From Minutocellus sp. GHC0000111 (lineage: Eukaryota): DNA of 64,000 bases. A program made the translations under genes and the position numbers. Below are positions 22,795 to 34,444 of the stretch, in pieces. Numbering within the stretch: position 1 is the first letter of the stretch; every line of letters starts with the position of its first letter. A model generated the notes under the pieces. The model saw only the letters and a list, made by a program, of their open reading frames with translations. It did no database searches and was not told the DNA's origin. The DNA lies in contig OZ361260.1 in assembly GCA_977018835.1 (NCBI GenBank), forward strand, positions 682,001-746,000, given 5' to 3'.

Positions 22795-23691
22795 ATGTCG
22801 GTGAGAATCACCATCATTCCATTGAGCGATGAAGCAGACAGTTACTACGATGTTTTGCCTCATTGCAAAGCCGACCTCGCTGTTTTCCAGCAGCTCTCCA
22901 AATTCTTTTGCGCACTGACCAACAAAGTTCCTAGAGAGCCTGTGTATATGGCCGACGGAAGTATCGTCGAAAAAGAGGCCGGAGAAGAGTATATTGCCGA
23001 CGCAGAAAAGACCGGCAAGCCTCTTCGCTCGTTGAATTCGAGCAAGTTTATGAGTAAAGCGCTTAAACCAGCAGGTGACGTGAGCTCAAAGATTCAAAAT
23101 TTTAAGCAAGATTTCGGGTCAGTTTTGTCCTTGGAGATGGATGCACTAAACGGTGATGTTGACGCTATGAAGAGGCTTGCTTCGTGGTACCGTGACGGAA
23201 AGTTTAGCCTACCAAAAGACAAGGCCGAGCACGATCGATGGATGATCGAGATGCACAAAAAGAAGGCAGAGCTGGGAGATACCACGTCTATGAACAAACT
23301 AGGAAAGTGGCACTTGTCTGGCGGAGGTCCATTCAATGTTACGAAAGACCTCGAACAATCTTATCATTGGTACATGATGGCCGCAGAAGCTGGAAATGTT
23401 GTCGGGCTCTGCAATGCAAGCAAATGCCTGCTTCATGGCTGGGGAGTAGAAAAGAATGATACTCATGGCATTAGTCTCTTGGTGTCTGCAGCCGAAGGCG
23501 GGCTAGATGAGGCATGTCTCAGACTTGGCTACTATTACCTACGCGGCCAGTACGGGCTTCTGGCGAACAAGGCTCTTTCCAAGCGGTGGCTCCAAAAGGT
23601 TGTCGATGGTAAGTGTCGCTATCGTATTCTCAACCGCAAGGAAGACGTAGTCGCTGCTGCAAGAAAGGCGATAAGGATGGCCGGTATCTGA
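22795..23691 (+). CDS. Degenerate U-box plus Sel1-like repeat protein
   Basis: 'FFCALTNKVPREPVYMADGSIVEKEAGEEYI' is U-box-like. About four Sel1 repeats, with a C-terminal half similar to 18869-19675 (HG.GVE.N.THG.SL..SAAE.G.D.AC). Confidence 0.8.
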   Translation: MSVRITIIPLSDEADSYYDVLPHCKADLAVFQQLSKFFCALTNKVPREPVYMADGSIVEKEAGEEYIADAEKTGKPLRSLNSSKFMSKALKPAGDVSSKIQNFKQDFGSVLSLEMDALNGDVDAMKRLASWYRDGKFSLPKDKAEHDRWMIEMHKKKAELGDTTSMNKLGKWHLSGGGPFNVTKDLEQSYHWYMMAAEAGNVVGLCNASKCLLHGWGVEKNDTHGISLLVSAAEGGLDEACLRLGYYYLRGQYGLLANKALSKRWLQKVVDGKCRYRILNRKEDVVAAARKAIRMAGI

Positions 23692-23880
23692 ATTAAAATG
23701 CTTTTATCTCCTCAAAATCCAATTACCTCTAGCTAGGCACATGTATTACGTTGCTGTGTTTCAGCGTAGGTATCCCCAGTCTACTACGTAGTAGAGAAAA
23801 AGACAAGCGCATAGAAACTAAGTTGATATTCATTATAATCTCAAACAGTCGGCTAATCTTAACTTAATCAAGTTAAAAGT

Positions 23881-25332
23881 TTACAAAGTAAACGGAGCGA
23901 CGATGACTTTGCCATTGTATTCCTCCAACCCTTCACCAGCGTAGCTGGTCGCGGGAGCAATCTCGCTAAAGGGCGTGGCTGTATCCTCCCCGGTCTTGTG
24001 TAGCTTTGCGCCGGCATCTGTAATCCACTTCTCGGCCAAATCCGACAAAAGCTGTCGGGCTGTATCGGGCGTATCGGACGCCCCTTCGGCATTGGCATTC
24101 TTGACGGGTGCGAACTCATCGGTTCGCTCCACTTCCCAAACAGCCATCGATTTCGACAGAGGAAACACATCGAAGATGAAGGTTTCTAATTTGATACCGT
24201 TGGGCTTAGTTGGGGTGACAGTCTCGTTCTTCTCACCATCCCAGTACGGGATTTTCTTCCGAGCAATGTGATAGGGAATGTCCGAGGCAGACGCCTTCAG
24301 CACAGTGTTCTTGATAAAGTCAACTGAGAAGTAATGCGAGCAGATGTTGGCAGCGCCGTATTTGAGCTTGCCAGTCTCATCGACGGCCGATGCCATCGAT
24401 GCTGATAGCTCCGAATATTCCACCACCATCGGCCGATCGTCCTTGGTCACCAACACGCCAACCTTTTCGTCTGGCGCAGCTCTCCAAAGGCTCTTGTTGC
24501 CACAATCGGCCTTTTGGTTGATGCAGTATCCCACAAATGCCGGATCAGCGGGACGGACCAAAGCATTATCGACGGAGAACACGTGAAGATGTTCAATGCC
24601 TCGATTGACCATATCCTCTAGACATCCCGTCGATTCAAGAGCTGGGAATATTCCGCCATTGCCGTCTGGGGCGCGGGCTACCTTATCAGCAGTTTCGTGG
24701 ATGATTTTCATAGTGCTGGGATCGTCACCTTCGACCTCGACGCAGGGCAGCGTGCCCTGGCGGAAGCAGATGACGTCGGCAGAGGGCAGGCCAAAGTGAT
24801 TGTTGTCCTTGAAGTAATTCTCTGTTTCCTCGTGATTCATAGGAGATGTCATGATCAACAGCGGGAGGGAGGGAAGGCTGCTGCTACTGGCAGAGACCAA
24901 CGATGCTGATGCCAAGACCCGCAATTTTTGGATGCGTTCGGCAATAAGTGCAAACAACGTCCGACCAGAGGGCAGACCAATATCGGCCTTGCCCTTGGGA
25001 CCGCTCAGCCCCAACCTCGTGCCTTGTCCACCAGCGAGGAGAATGGCGGCCACAGTACCAGCACGGATGGCCTCGAGGCCGGCCTGATTGCTCGTTGCAT
25101 TCAGTTCGGCATCCGATGCGCTCCCGACCTCGCCCTTGAAGGGGAGGATGCTGTCATCTCCGCCTTCCTTGGTCGCGGCTGCCTGCTTCTTGGCCTCCTT
25201 CTCCGCATCAAGGGCGGCCGCTAGCTTTTCTCTCAGACTCTCGTTCTCCATTGCGTCCTCCTTGAGACGCTTCGTTGCAAGTTCCGCGTCGGCAGTGTCT
25301 GGGACTAGCCTCTTTGCCGATGGGGACGTCAT
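23881..25332 (-). CDS. UAP1: UDP-N-acetylglucosamine pyrophosphorylase
   Basis: 'LLAGGQGTRLG..GPKG', 'IMTS', 'APDGNGG', 'VDNAL', 'EKVGV', 'VVEYSE', 'KLETFIFDVF', 'EFAPVKN', 'SYAGEGL'. Confidence 0.93.
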   Translation of the reverse strand: MTSPSAKRLVPDTADAELATKRLKEDAMENESLREKLAAALDAEKEAKKQAAATKEGGDDSILPFKGEVGSASDAELNATSNQAGLEAIRAGTVAAILLAGGQGTRLGLSGPKGKADIGLPSGRTLFALIAERIQKLRVLASASLVSASSSSLPSLPLLIMTSPMNHEETENYFKDNNHFGLPSADVICFRQGTLPCVEVEGDDPSTMKIIHETADKVARAPDGNGGIFPALESTGCLEDMVNRGIEHLHVFSVDNALVRPADPAFVGYCINQKADCGNKSLWRAAPDEKVGVLVTKDDRPMVVEYSELSASMASAVDETGKLKYGAANICSHYFSVDFIKNTVLKASASDIPYHIARKKIPYWDGEKNETVTPTKPNGIKLETFIFDVFPLSKSMAVWEVERTDEFAPVKNANAEGASDTPDTARQLLSDLAEKWITDAGAKLHKTGEDTATPFSEIAPATSYAGEGLEEYNGKVIVAPFTL

Positions 25333-25795
25333 TTTTTGTAACGTTTACCTCAATGCTTTGTTTTGTTTGTCGATCATATGTTTGGCAGTCTGTGCCGTGC
25401 CTTCCTGCCAACCCACTCCTAGACGCTGCAGATGAACGCCCTTTGATTGGCTCAGAGCAAATATTCCTTTCGTCGCTACCCTTAGCCCTTAGCAATGGGG
25501 ACGGACTCGCAAAGCTCCGCGTAGCAACGTGCACAAGCAGAGGAAGATACGCCACCAAAAGTGATGAACAACACAAGATGTGCCGGTTTCGGGTATAAGG
25601 ACCCCCAGGTATTTTTCGGGGGTTTCGGAGCGATGGGGGATGAGACGATACCTACTCTAGGTACGATGAGACCGGCCGGCTAGCTAGTCTAGTAGCCTAG
25701 AGGCTGGACTGCTGCAGAACAAATGAATGGATGATTGATGCGATGCATGTATGTGCACTTCGCCCAAGAGTGTGAACACTTACGATTAATCCAAA

Positions 25796-26944
25796 ATGTC
25801 ACCAATACTGTCGTTACTGATGGCCCTATGGCCGCTCCACTTCTGCTTCGCTGTGGCCTTTCGCATTGAAGCCAGTTGGGCCGATCTTTCTCGGCAGGTA
25901 GAAGTCCCCACACCCCCAAGATCTGGCCACGTAGCTTTCACGTCTTCAGATGAACCATGCTCACCATTGATCTTTGGTGGGTATGTTGAAGAAAAGGATG
26001 ATGCCACGGGAGAAATCACGCGACGCGCAAGCAATGATATGTGGAAATGGCACAGTTCCGACAAAGGCTGGAGCAAAGTGGACTACGGCAAACAGAATGT
26101 TATGCCCCAACCTCGCTTGGCTGCTGCCATGTGCCTGGTGAGGGATCTACCAGTACTCTTTGGTGGATGGGATCCCCAAACTCCCGGAATGGGCGGGGTC
26201 ATCCTTGACACACTGGAGGAGTTTGACATCAAAAGCAGAGCGTGGGATGTGATAGAGGACGCTCAAATTCCCGATGGACCTACCAGCCGCCATGTTGCAT
26301 TGAGTCTGCCAGATGGCGACGCATTGATTCACAATCATAGATGCACAGACCACATTTTGATTTATTCAGGTTCTGACTTCCACAAGCAACCTGTCACTGG
26401 CCAGGTGCCGAGCAGCCGTGGGCTCCACGCAGCCACGATGGCGGGCAGCTGCGTTGTAGTATTTGGAGGTGCCGAGCAGAGTGGAACGATGAATAACGAA
26501 GCCTTTGTTCTCGACACTCACACCTGGGAATGGAAAAAAATTCAAATAGAAAACACAGATTGTGCGCCTTGCCCAAGAGCAGCCCCCTGTCTCGTTGCAA
26601 TCAGTAACACGTCAGTTGTATTATTTGGTGGGGCAGAGGCGACGGCTTTGGGTCTCAGTCCGAGGAGTGATTTATGGGCCCTTCACTTTGACCCCGATGC
26701 AGGCACTGGGCAGTGGGAGCTATTGATTGACGACGGTGGGGGCGGAGCTAGTACGGTTGGGGGCTGCCCACCACCCCGAAATGCAGCAACGTTGTCTGAA
26801 ATTGAGCAACTGAAGCATGCAGCATGGAATGAATAAAGTGAAGAGGGCGAGATACGAAAGTGTTTTGTACTGCAGGGTGGCTGGCACCCCTTTGTCAGAA
26901 CCTACAACGATTGCTTCGTGCTTTCGGTGTCTTTGAAACAATAA
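25796..26944 (+). CDS. Kelch-repeat protein with N-terminal signal; in-frame TAA at 26834-26836 before the last repeat
   Basis: Repeats PRSGH/IFGGY, PRLAA/LFGGW, SRGLH/VFGG, PRAA/LFGG, PRNAA. The same frame resumes after the TAA with 'CFVLQGGWHPFVRTYND' and ends at TAA 26942-26944. Confidence 0.75.
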
Positions 26945-27087
26945 GGTCAGGGCCGTTTAGTTTATACTTGAGAAGTTGAATATGTTTTGCTACGTGGTCA
27001 TGCGAGTAAATTAAAATGCGCATCTGATAAGCACGGAGTATGGCCGTTGCGTCGAGCATTGTTTTGGTGGAGTTATGCCCCTCTCGC

Positions 27088-27684
27088 TCAAACAACAAGG
27101 TCCATGTCAAACTCCCAGCAGAGCTCTTCAATCTTTTCTTCCCCGGCCTCCTCCCGTTCCTTCTTCTCTTCACTGAGTCGCTCAAACTCCTCCAGCGTCA
27201 CCTTCTTCATCAGGTTATTATCATCGCCCTTCGGCTTGTCGGCCGTGGGCTCGCCCTCATCGTCACTATCGATCTCCTCGTCAACCTCACCCAGCAGGAC
27301 CATGGAGTCTCCACGGACCATGTACAGGCCCAGCCGCACATCGGCATAATACGAACAGAGCTTGCCATTGGCATCCTTGGTCTGCAGTATCCGCCGCTCG
27401 CACACGTCCTCCATGACCATGTTGCTGAACTGGTCAAAACTGCGAAGGTATCCAGTGAGATGCCGACCGTCACGAAGGACGACCATCATGCGCCGATCGA
27501 GCTGCTCTACCAGACTGGCCGAGCCAGGAAGGAAGGGCGGGAGGAAGCCGTACGGCACCCCCGAAGAGGGCATGGGAGCATCGGAGCCCCCCCGGCCGCC
27601 GCCTCCCCGGCCTCCTGGCCCACGGCCACCTCGTCCACCACCGCGGCCGCCTGACCGGCCACCGGAACCTCTTCCCGACGACAT
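27088..27684 (-). CDS. LSM1: Sm-like protein LSm1
   Basis: 'PGSASLVEQLDRRMMVVLRDGRHLTGYLRSFDQFSNMVMED..ER' and 'GLYMVRGDSMVLLGEVD'. Confidence 0.92.
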   Translation of the reverse strand: MSSGRGSGGRSGGRGGGRGGRGPGGRGGGGRGGSDAPMPSSGVPYGFLPPFLPGSASLVEQLDRRMMVVLRDGRHLTGYLRSFDQFSNMVMEDVCERRILQTKDANGKLCSYYADVRLGLYMVRGDSMVLLGEVDEEIDSDDEGEPTADKPKGDDNNLMKKVTLEEFERLSEEKKEREEAGEEKIEELCWEFDMDLVV

Positions 27685-28070
27685 ATCTAAATTGTAATAC
27701 GAACTTGCTACAGTACCACCGTTTGTATGTGTAGTCTAGCCTCAAGCCTCTCGAGCCACCAGCAGTGCCCGTTGTTGCGTTCTTGCTCGAATTGCAGAAT
27801 GCGGGCATCGGCATGCGGGCGGGCGTGGCAAAATGCTCTGTCCGTCGACAGTCTTCCGTTCGCTCGATTCTGTTGAAAGCATTTCAATAATCATTCTTTT
27901 GCGATACTCTCCTATCATTTAGATAAAAAATAGATTCTGCAAGCTTTAGACACTCTTTCGCGATACCCTGTATGTGAAATGCAACTGTGACCCCCTCCCC
28001 CTGCCGGCCCCATGCATCAAAAAAGATTCTGCAATTTTAATAGCTGCACCGGTACTAAATGTGTTATATA

Positions 28071-29075
28071 TCACTCCACTCTCGCCTTCTTCACACTGCC
28101 ACCTTGGATGCGCTCCTCCTCTTGAGTAGTAAATGCAAGTCCACTTCTCTTGGCATCGCCATCTGCCCCACCCGATCTCCACCGGATATATTCCTCAACA
28201 CTCATTTGAGCTACCTCGCCACTCTCGCCATCAGATCCCTCTAGCAACACTGCCTTGACCCCAGTGTCTGGGTCAGCAAAGAAGGCGAGGCTGGTCCTAT
28301 CCCTGCCAACCGCATCCAATAAATCCTGCTTGGCACTGCAAGTATTCTCGCTCATCGGTCCAGCAACACGATGCAATGTGGCGGGTATCTTCCCATTCGT
28401 CCAACTTTCCAGCAGACTTCCCGCATTGACTACCAAACATCCATCTTTGTGAGGGACAGGGATCCACTTGCCCTCGTGATATGCCTCAAGGCCCGATACG
28501 TCATCGGTTAGTAGAAGCGTTATGCTTCCATAATCCGAATGTTCCTTGCATCGATTCCCCGTATCCTTTGATGTGGCAGGATAACGCAACAATCGAAGCG
28601 ACGAATTGTTTTCAGTGTGTTTTTTACAAAAGTATTGAGGATCGGGTAAGCCCAAACCGATAGCGAGGCATTGCAAAACCAGCATTTTCGTTTTCTCTAG
28701 AGCTTCGACATATTCCGATAATATCGGTGATATAGATTCGGCATCTTCCTTGGAAGTTAGCATGCAGTACGACTTCGGGTCTGAGGGATGTGTCACAACC
28801 TCGGTGCCAGGAGGAGCCGCGCCGTCCGGCTCTGACACAAGATGTGATGTCGCCGCCTCAATGGCCTGCTTCTGTAAAGATATGGGCACGAACGGAGATG
28901 TTATGCGCAGGAATCCACTGTTCTGAAAGGCCGACACCAGTTCCTTGCAGATTTCAAGTGGAGGTTGCTGGCCGCCAGGTGCCGATGATTCGATGCGAAT
29001 GAGAGGTGCCATGGCCTCCGCCTCTGCGTCTGCCATTGCTTGTCCTTTGACCTCACTGGAGCTTCTGCTCGACAT
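28071..29075 (-). CDS. 2-oxoglutarate/Fe(II) dioxygenase (IPNS/ACC-oxidase-like fold)
   Basis: 'LRLLRYP', HxD 'EHSDYGSITLL', 'GLE', 'VVNAG.LLE.WTNG', distal His 'TLHRV', RxS 'RTSLAFF'. Confidence 0.9.
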   Translation of the reverse strand: MSSRSSSEVKGQAMADAEAEAMAPLIRIESSAPGGQQPPLEICKELVSAFQNSGFLRITSPFVPISLQKQAIEAATSHLVSEPDGAAPPGTEVVTHPSDPKSYCMLTSKEDAESISPILSEYVEALEKTKMLVLQCLAIGLGLPDPQYFCKKHTENNSSLRLLRYPATSKDTGNRCKEHSDYGSITLLLTDDVSGLEAYHEGKWIPVPHKDGCLVVNAGSLLESWTNGKIPATLHRVAGPMSENTCSAKQDLLDAVGRDRTSLAFFADPDTGVKAVLLEGSDGESGEVAQMSVEEYIRWRSGGADGDAKRSGLAFTTQEEERIQGGSVKKARVE

Positions 29076-29236
29076 TTTGGGGGGATGAAATTAATAAGTA
29101 ACGGGAATGCAGAGAGCGATCACTGCTATTATTGGAACAGCAAGAGCTTTCATGGGGCATTGTGCTGAGCTGAGTGGCAGGCTGCTGGGGCTCTCTACTC
29201 GCTCGCCCCTCTCGCTCGCTCTCTCTTTGCGGATGC

Positions 29237-29294
29237 TTTGCCCCCATAAGACTCTTTAGGGGTCATTTGCCCCCATAAGACTAAATAGGGGTCA
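29237..29294. repeat. Two tandem 29-bp copies in a divergent promoter
   Basis: TTTGCCCCCATAAGACTcttTAGGGGTCA / TTTGCCCCCATAAGACTaaaTAGGGGTCA (26/29 identical). Confidence 0.85.
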
Positions 29295-29390
29295 CTCGCC
29301 ACAAAACATGTAATCTGGGAGCCCCTACTTTCCGGAACGAACGTTCCCTTTTCATGCGATCAATTGCCCTCTCGGTCAATTTGTGCAACA

Positions 29391-31322
29391 ATGGCCAACT
29401 ATCCGCTAATCTTCGGCATATCGCTTGCCATCAACGTGGCTGTCACGTTCCGCAGCTCGGATAAGTTCAAGCTCTACTGCGGATCGTCACCGCGAAATCA
29501 GGAAGACCCGCACAACAAGCGCGACGAGGACGGGGATGCCAAGACCAGTGCCGAGGACGAATTTGATCCCCTCCTCAAGAAGGGTGCCTCCGAGGCCGCC
29601 GATGGTGGCAAGGCAGGGGAGAAGGCTCGCCATGCCGCACTCCTTCGGCGTTATCTAGCTGTGTATCTGCTTGCGGCCCTCAGCGATTGGCTCCAGGGAC
29701 CCTATGTGTGAGTTTTTACCTTACATGCCACAAACACCAAAATTTCGGCACAAGTTGAACTTCTGTGCATGTATGCTCAATAACACCTGTTTTGACCTGT
29801 GCGATACATGTTAACGCACGCCAATGACCTGACCACATTGCCATATTTCTATATCTCTCGACTCCTCTTCGACAGTTACGCCCTCTATGACCAGTACGGA
29901 TACTCCCAGCATCTCATCGCCATCCTTTTTGTGGCTGGATTTGGTTCCTCAATGGTTTTTGGTAGCTTCATTGGTGGCATGGCCGATGCTTGCGGACGTC
30001 GCAAGTTCGTGATCCTATTTGCCGTCATCTACGCTCTCTCTTGTATGACCAAGCATTACAAGAACTTTCACATCCTCATGCTCGGTCGTCTTCTCGGTGG
30101 AGTTGCCACTTCTCTTCTGTTTAGCGTTTTTGATAGTTGGCTGATCCGTGCCCATGCCGATGCCGGCGTAAAGAGCTATTTGAGCAAGAGTTTCTCGGCT
30201 GCGGCTTATGGCAATAGTTTAGTCGCCATCGGCGCTGGTTTGGTCGCCAACAAGGCCGCCAGCTCCAATGATCTTTTGCCTTTCTTTGGTGACAAGGACA
30301 GCGGGGATTCGCTCTTTTACATGGGCGGATATCTCAACCCGTTTGATATTGCCCTGCTGGCTTTGATTCTCTGTGGCTTCATGGCGGCAACCATGTGGGA
30401 GGAAAACTACGGTGAGAGCAAGGCCGATGGCAAGGAATCTGCCGACGACGACGATGGACATGGCAAGGACCAGCTCTGGTACAGTGCTTTGAAGACTGCT
30501 TACACAACCACCGTTCGCAGCCGCGATATCTTCCTCTGCGGCGCCGTCAGTTCCTTTTTCGAGGGGTAAGTCAAGTCACCGGTTTCGCGTTGGTTTCGTT
30601 TATCTTATATGTTTATGCATTCATCGCTATGGAATGTCCCTGAAACTCGCCGATTGAAATTTTGTTTCACCCGACTTACTTTACTATTGCCGCGCAGATC
30701 TATGTACATCTTTGTCTTCATGTGGACGCCAGCTCTGAAGAATCTCACTCCCAAGGAGGAAGGAGAAGATTCTGTGTCCCTGCCATTTGGCCTCATTTTC
30801 AGTACTTTCATGGTCTGTTGTATGGCTGGCAGCTCGCTCTTTTCCATTCTCGTTGAGCGCATCAAGGTGGAGGTTCTGGGCATTGCCGTCATGTTGGTTT
30901 CGTCCATGGCTATGATGGCCATCGTCTTTTCCACCAGCGACGTTGTTTCCTTTGTCTGTATGAATCTGTTCGAAATGTGCGTTGGCATGTATTGGCCTAT
31001 CATGGGAACTATGAAGGGCGGTATTGTACCAGAAGATCAGCGTGCGGCTATCTACAATCTGTTCCGTATCCCCCTGAACTTTATTGTGTTGACAAGTCTT
31101 CTGACGGACTTGACGCCCAAGCAAAGTTTCAGTGCCAATACTACCATGTTGGCGGTTGGAAGTGTTTGCCAAACAATGCTTATGAAGAGCAGACTCCACG
31201 TCAATTCGATGGACCAATTGAAGAGCAAGGCAATGCAAGAGGAAGAAGAAAAGCCGAAAAAGAAAGAAGAGGACAAGGATGATATTGAATTGGCAAAGGG
31301 TCCGGATCCACCGAGCGAATAG
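29391..31322 (+). CDS. MFS_5 / molybdate-anion transporter (MFSD5/MOT2-like); introns 29708-29875 and 30566-30697
   Basis: 'YLAVYLLAALSDWLQGPYVYALY', 'GFGSSM.FG', 'LGRLLGGVATSLLFSVF', 'FEGSMYIFVFMWTP', 'GLIFSTFM', 'NLFRIPLN'; both GT-AG introns restore the frame. Confidence 0.9.
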
Positions 31323-31482
31323 ATCAACTACATTACAAGTCGAATGAATACCCAAAACAACAACAACAATTCTTAAAATTTTGGGGGCTTAGCGATGAGG
31401 CAAAGGTCAATGAAAATTACACAATGTGTTAGTTATCAATTAGTTGCTTAATCCGCTAATTCTCCAGTATCGACAAGTTTTC

Positions 31483-32405
31483 TCAGCTGGTGCTACTGGT
31501 ATCTTCTTTATCATCTTCCGCCACCACCATTCGCCCTCTGATATAGCCGACAGCCACGGGAGAAAGCGGACGAATATCGCGGTAGACAGATGAAAGATGA
31601 AATGGATCTACAACAGCCGAGCTGTCCGGATTTCTTTCACATGTGTGTTCGTGGATCTCAGCTTTCTCCATACTCTCGAATGAACGATAGCAGTGTTCGC
31701 ACACGGCGGTGGATGTTCTTCTGTTCCCTTCTTCATCGTCAATAATCGATGCTGCTATCTGCTTGGCCACGGCCTTGGCATTTTCTTCAAGACAGCCTTG
31801 CCATACGTTCACTGTTTCAACTACAACGGGACCGGTGCAGCCAAGCCGATGAGCGCGGCTGGTAACTTGCTCCAACAAAGCAGCATCATCGATTGGTTCG
31901 AGTAGGAACAGGTGCGTAACGAAGCTGAGATCCAATCCAGTAGCGAGAGATGCATCTAGAAATAGAAGAAAAACATCTTCCTTTATCGTCTCAATTCCAG
32001 TATCTACGAGCGTCGGACCAGTGTACCATCTGCTGGTTCCATGAAAGGTACCACACTTGGACCACTTTTTCAGTTTCACAATAACATTCAAGCCGCCCTC
32101 TTCGTATTCGGGTAGAGGGCCAAAGTAGTTGTCTCTTCCTTGCCCCAAATCTCTCTCGGCAAGTTCCTTACACTGTTGAGATCCATACCGATGCCACTGC
32201 TCTTCATCCCATCGACGAGGCAAAAGAGGGTGAGGGTCACGAGCATCGATGATGAGACTATCATCCACTCTCCAGTACTTGGGTGAAAGACCGTACTTGT
32301 TGAATTTGTCCGCCTCGGTACCAGGCATCCTGGATGACATCAAAGGGTGCCCAACCAGCTCCTCTTGTCGATCAAGAGGCCAAGTGTTCAACTCGTCGAT
32401 TCTAA
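31483..32405 (-). pseudogene. 3' part of an SNF2-family helicase gene (helicase C-terminal motifs), separated from its 5' part
   Basis: Motifs V/VI 'LATGLDLSFVTHLFLLEP...LEQVTSRAHRLG..GPVVV'. No start codon; abuts duplicated MgtE sequence at ~32404. Confidence 0.8.
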
Positions 32406-33377
32406 AATGGGACTGTTAACAGCCGAGGATAGGAAGGCCGGAAATGATGAAGAGCACTATCTTCGGCAAAGTCCGTTAGGGAGGGCCTACCCAGAACGAA
32501 CTCTGGCTCTACTTGTCACACTTATGCTCGAGCTGCCGACTTTGTTCATAATATCTGGAGGAAGTGATAAGTTATGCACATTGATTGGTCGTCGAAGGTA
32601 AGTCGAGATTCCCCTCTACGCTATTAGTGCAGCTGATTATTCGTCGACGTATACGTTATGCGATCTTCACCCCCCTAATACATTCGTTTGCACTCCGCGC
32701 TACGAAGATATCAACTCCTCGTGGCGTTTCTACCCTTGACGAGTGCGATCAGTGGTAATGTTGGTCTTCAGGCCAGTACTTTGACATTTGCAGATTACCA
32801 AACACTCGTATTGCATTTGGCTATACAAAGAAATTGTGGCTGCGGCGTATCAGGGTTTCGGAATGGGCACAGTATCGGGCATATTTGCGTGTGTTGCAAG
32901 CGGACACGATATGGCATTTGGTTTTACAATATTCCTGGCGCAGTTCTGCTCGATACTGACGGCTGGTTTCACGGGCACTCTAGCGCCACTGATATTTACA
33001 TTTGTATTCCGGAGAGACTCCGGGCAGTGGGGTGTGCCCCTGGAAACAGCGATACAGGATATCGTGGGATCGTTTGCCATGGTGATTTTGTCGTACCATG
33101 TATTGAATTGGCTCCGACCTCACGAAATATCTGAGTCTGACATGTGTTGAGAGATTTCAAGCATAAGGATGCCCGTAGCGAATTAATCACAGTACATAGA
33201 AATCGAGGCTCCCCTACTACTGATGTTAGCTAATTGAAGGGGAAATTCCCCATTGATGGCACGCATGCAAGTAGGAAACTATACAATTTTACATAGATTA
33301 CACTCGAGCGAGAAAAGTTACTCGCTACAAACGACAAAGGCAAGCCCCCCCCCCGCTGGGCCTGTGTAGCAGTGTTG
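32404..33377 (+). pseudogene. 5'-truncated duplicate of the MgtE-like gene and its 3' flank (copy of ~52450-53455)
   Basis: Direct alignment by eye shows about 11 substitutions in the first 240 coding bp, a diverged intron and a ~17-bp frameshifting deletion at ~32786. Confidence 0.9.
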
Positions 33378-33379
33378 GT

Positions 33380-34444
33380 AGAGAGCTCGCCCAGCGCACC
33401 GATGAGAGAGCTCAGGTGGAATTAGAATTGCTCAATGCCGTTGCCGCTTTGGAGGAAGAGAAGTCGGCGCTCATTTCCAAGCTTCGTTCCATCACCCAGC
33501 AACACGATGGAGCAATGGGTCAAATTGATACGCTCACTGAACAAATTGCCGATCTGAAGCGTGAGAGTGCGCTCGAAATCAATGCCCACAAGAAGACGAC
33601 ACAGGTGTTGAAGATCAAGAGTCGCGATTTGGACGAGGCAGTCGGTGCCCTGGAACTGGCTGATCGTGAAGTGCAGCGGCTCAAGGTGAGAGACGAGGAG
33701 AGAGAGGCTGACGCATCCCGGGATCGAGCACATATTGAACGTCTCGAAGCGGAACTTGGAGCTGATGTTAGAGAAATGTCCGAAGAAATCGAGCGACTGC
33801 AAGCCGCACTCGCCGAGGCACACACAAAGATTGAGGCCAAGGATTCCGTTATTGAGGATTTGAATGATGAGCTGGCTACAAATGCGAGGAGCAAGGAGAA
33901 GGAGATTGATCATCTGAGAAAGCACAACAGCGACCTTCGTCACGAGATACAGGTGGTCAATTCTGTCCTCTGCTCAACCGAGAAATTCAATGATGAGCTA
34001 AAGGAACAGATTGAAGCTCTTCGAGATCAGCAGGCTGTGCAGTTGAAGAACGACGCCGTTGATAAATTGCGTCAGGAATTGGATGCTGCCAAGCAACGCA
34101 ATGCCGAGGCGGAATCCGAGCTGGGTGATCACCGAGCAACTATTTCCTAGACGCTGGTGCTAAACGATTCTCGTAGAGCGCGCCAACCTCTCCCTGATCC
34201 TTGGCCTTGCTCATCATCCTCGGATTTAGCAATATCCAATATGCCGATGCTTCTCGTCAAGTCTTCATTGTCGTCGTCGTCATCAGAAGATAGAACACTA
34301 ACTGCCGATTGGCGGCGGACACTGACGTTACGAATCGTTGTTTGATTCTGATTTGTATCATTCTCACTTGTCAGGGCCAAGGAGAAGCGATTGAGAATCG
34401 ATGATGATCTCTTGGGCGCATGGAGACGACGCTGATCGGACGTA
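33380..34444 (+). repeat. Near-identical duplicate of 58614-59678 (coiled-coil gene fragment plus 3' end of the convergent gene)
   Basis: About 9 substitutions over ~1065 bp by manual comparison; homology ends at GGACGTA (34444). Confidence 0.92.
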
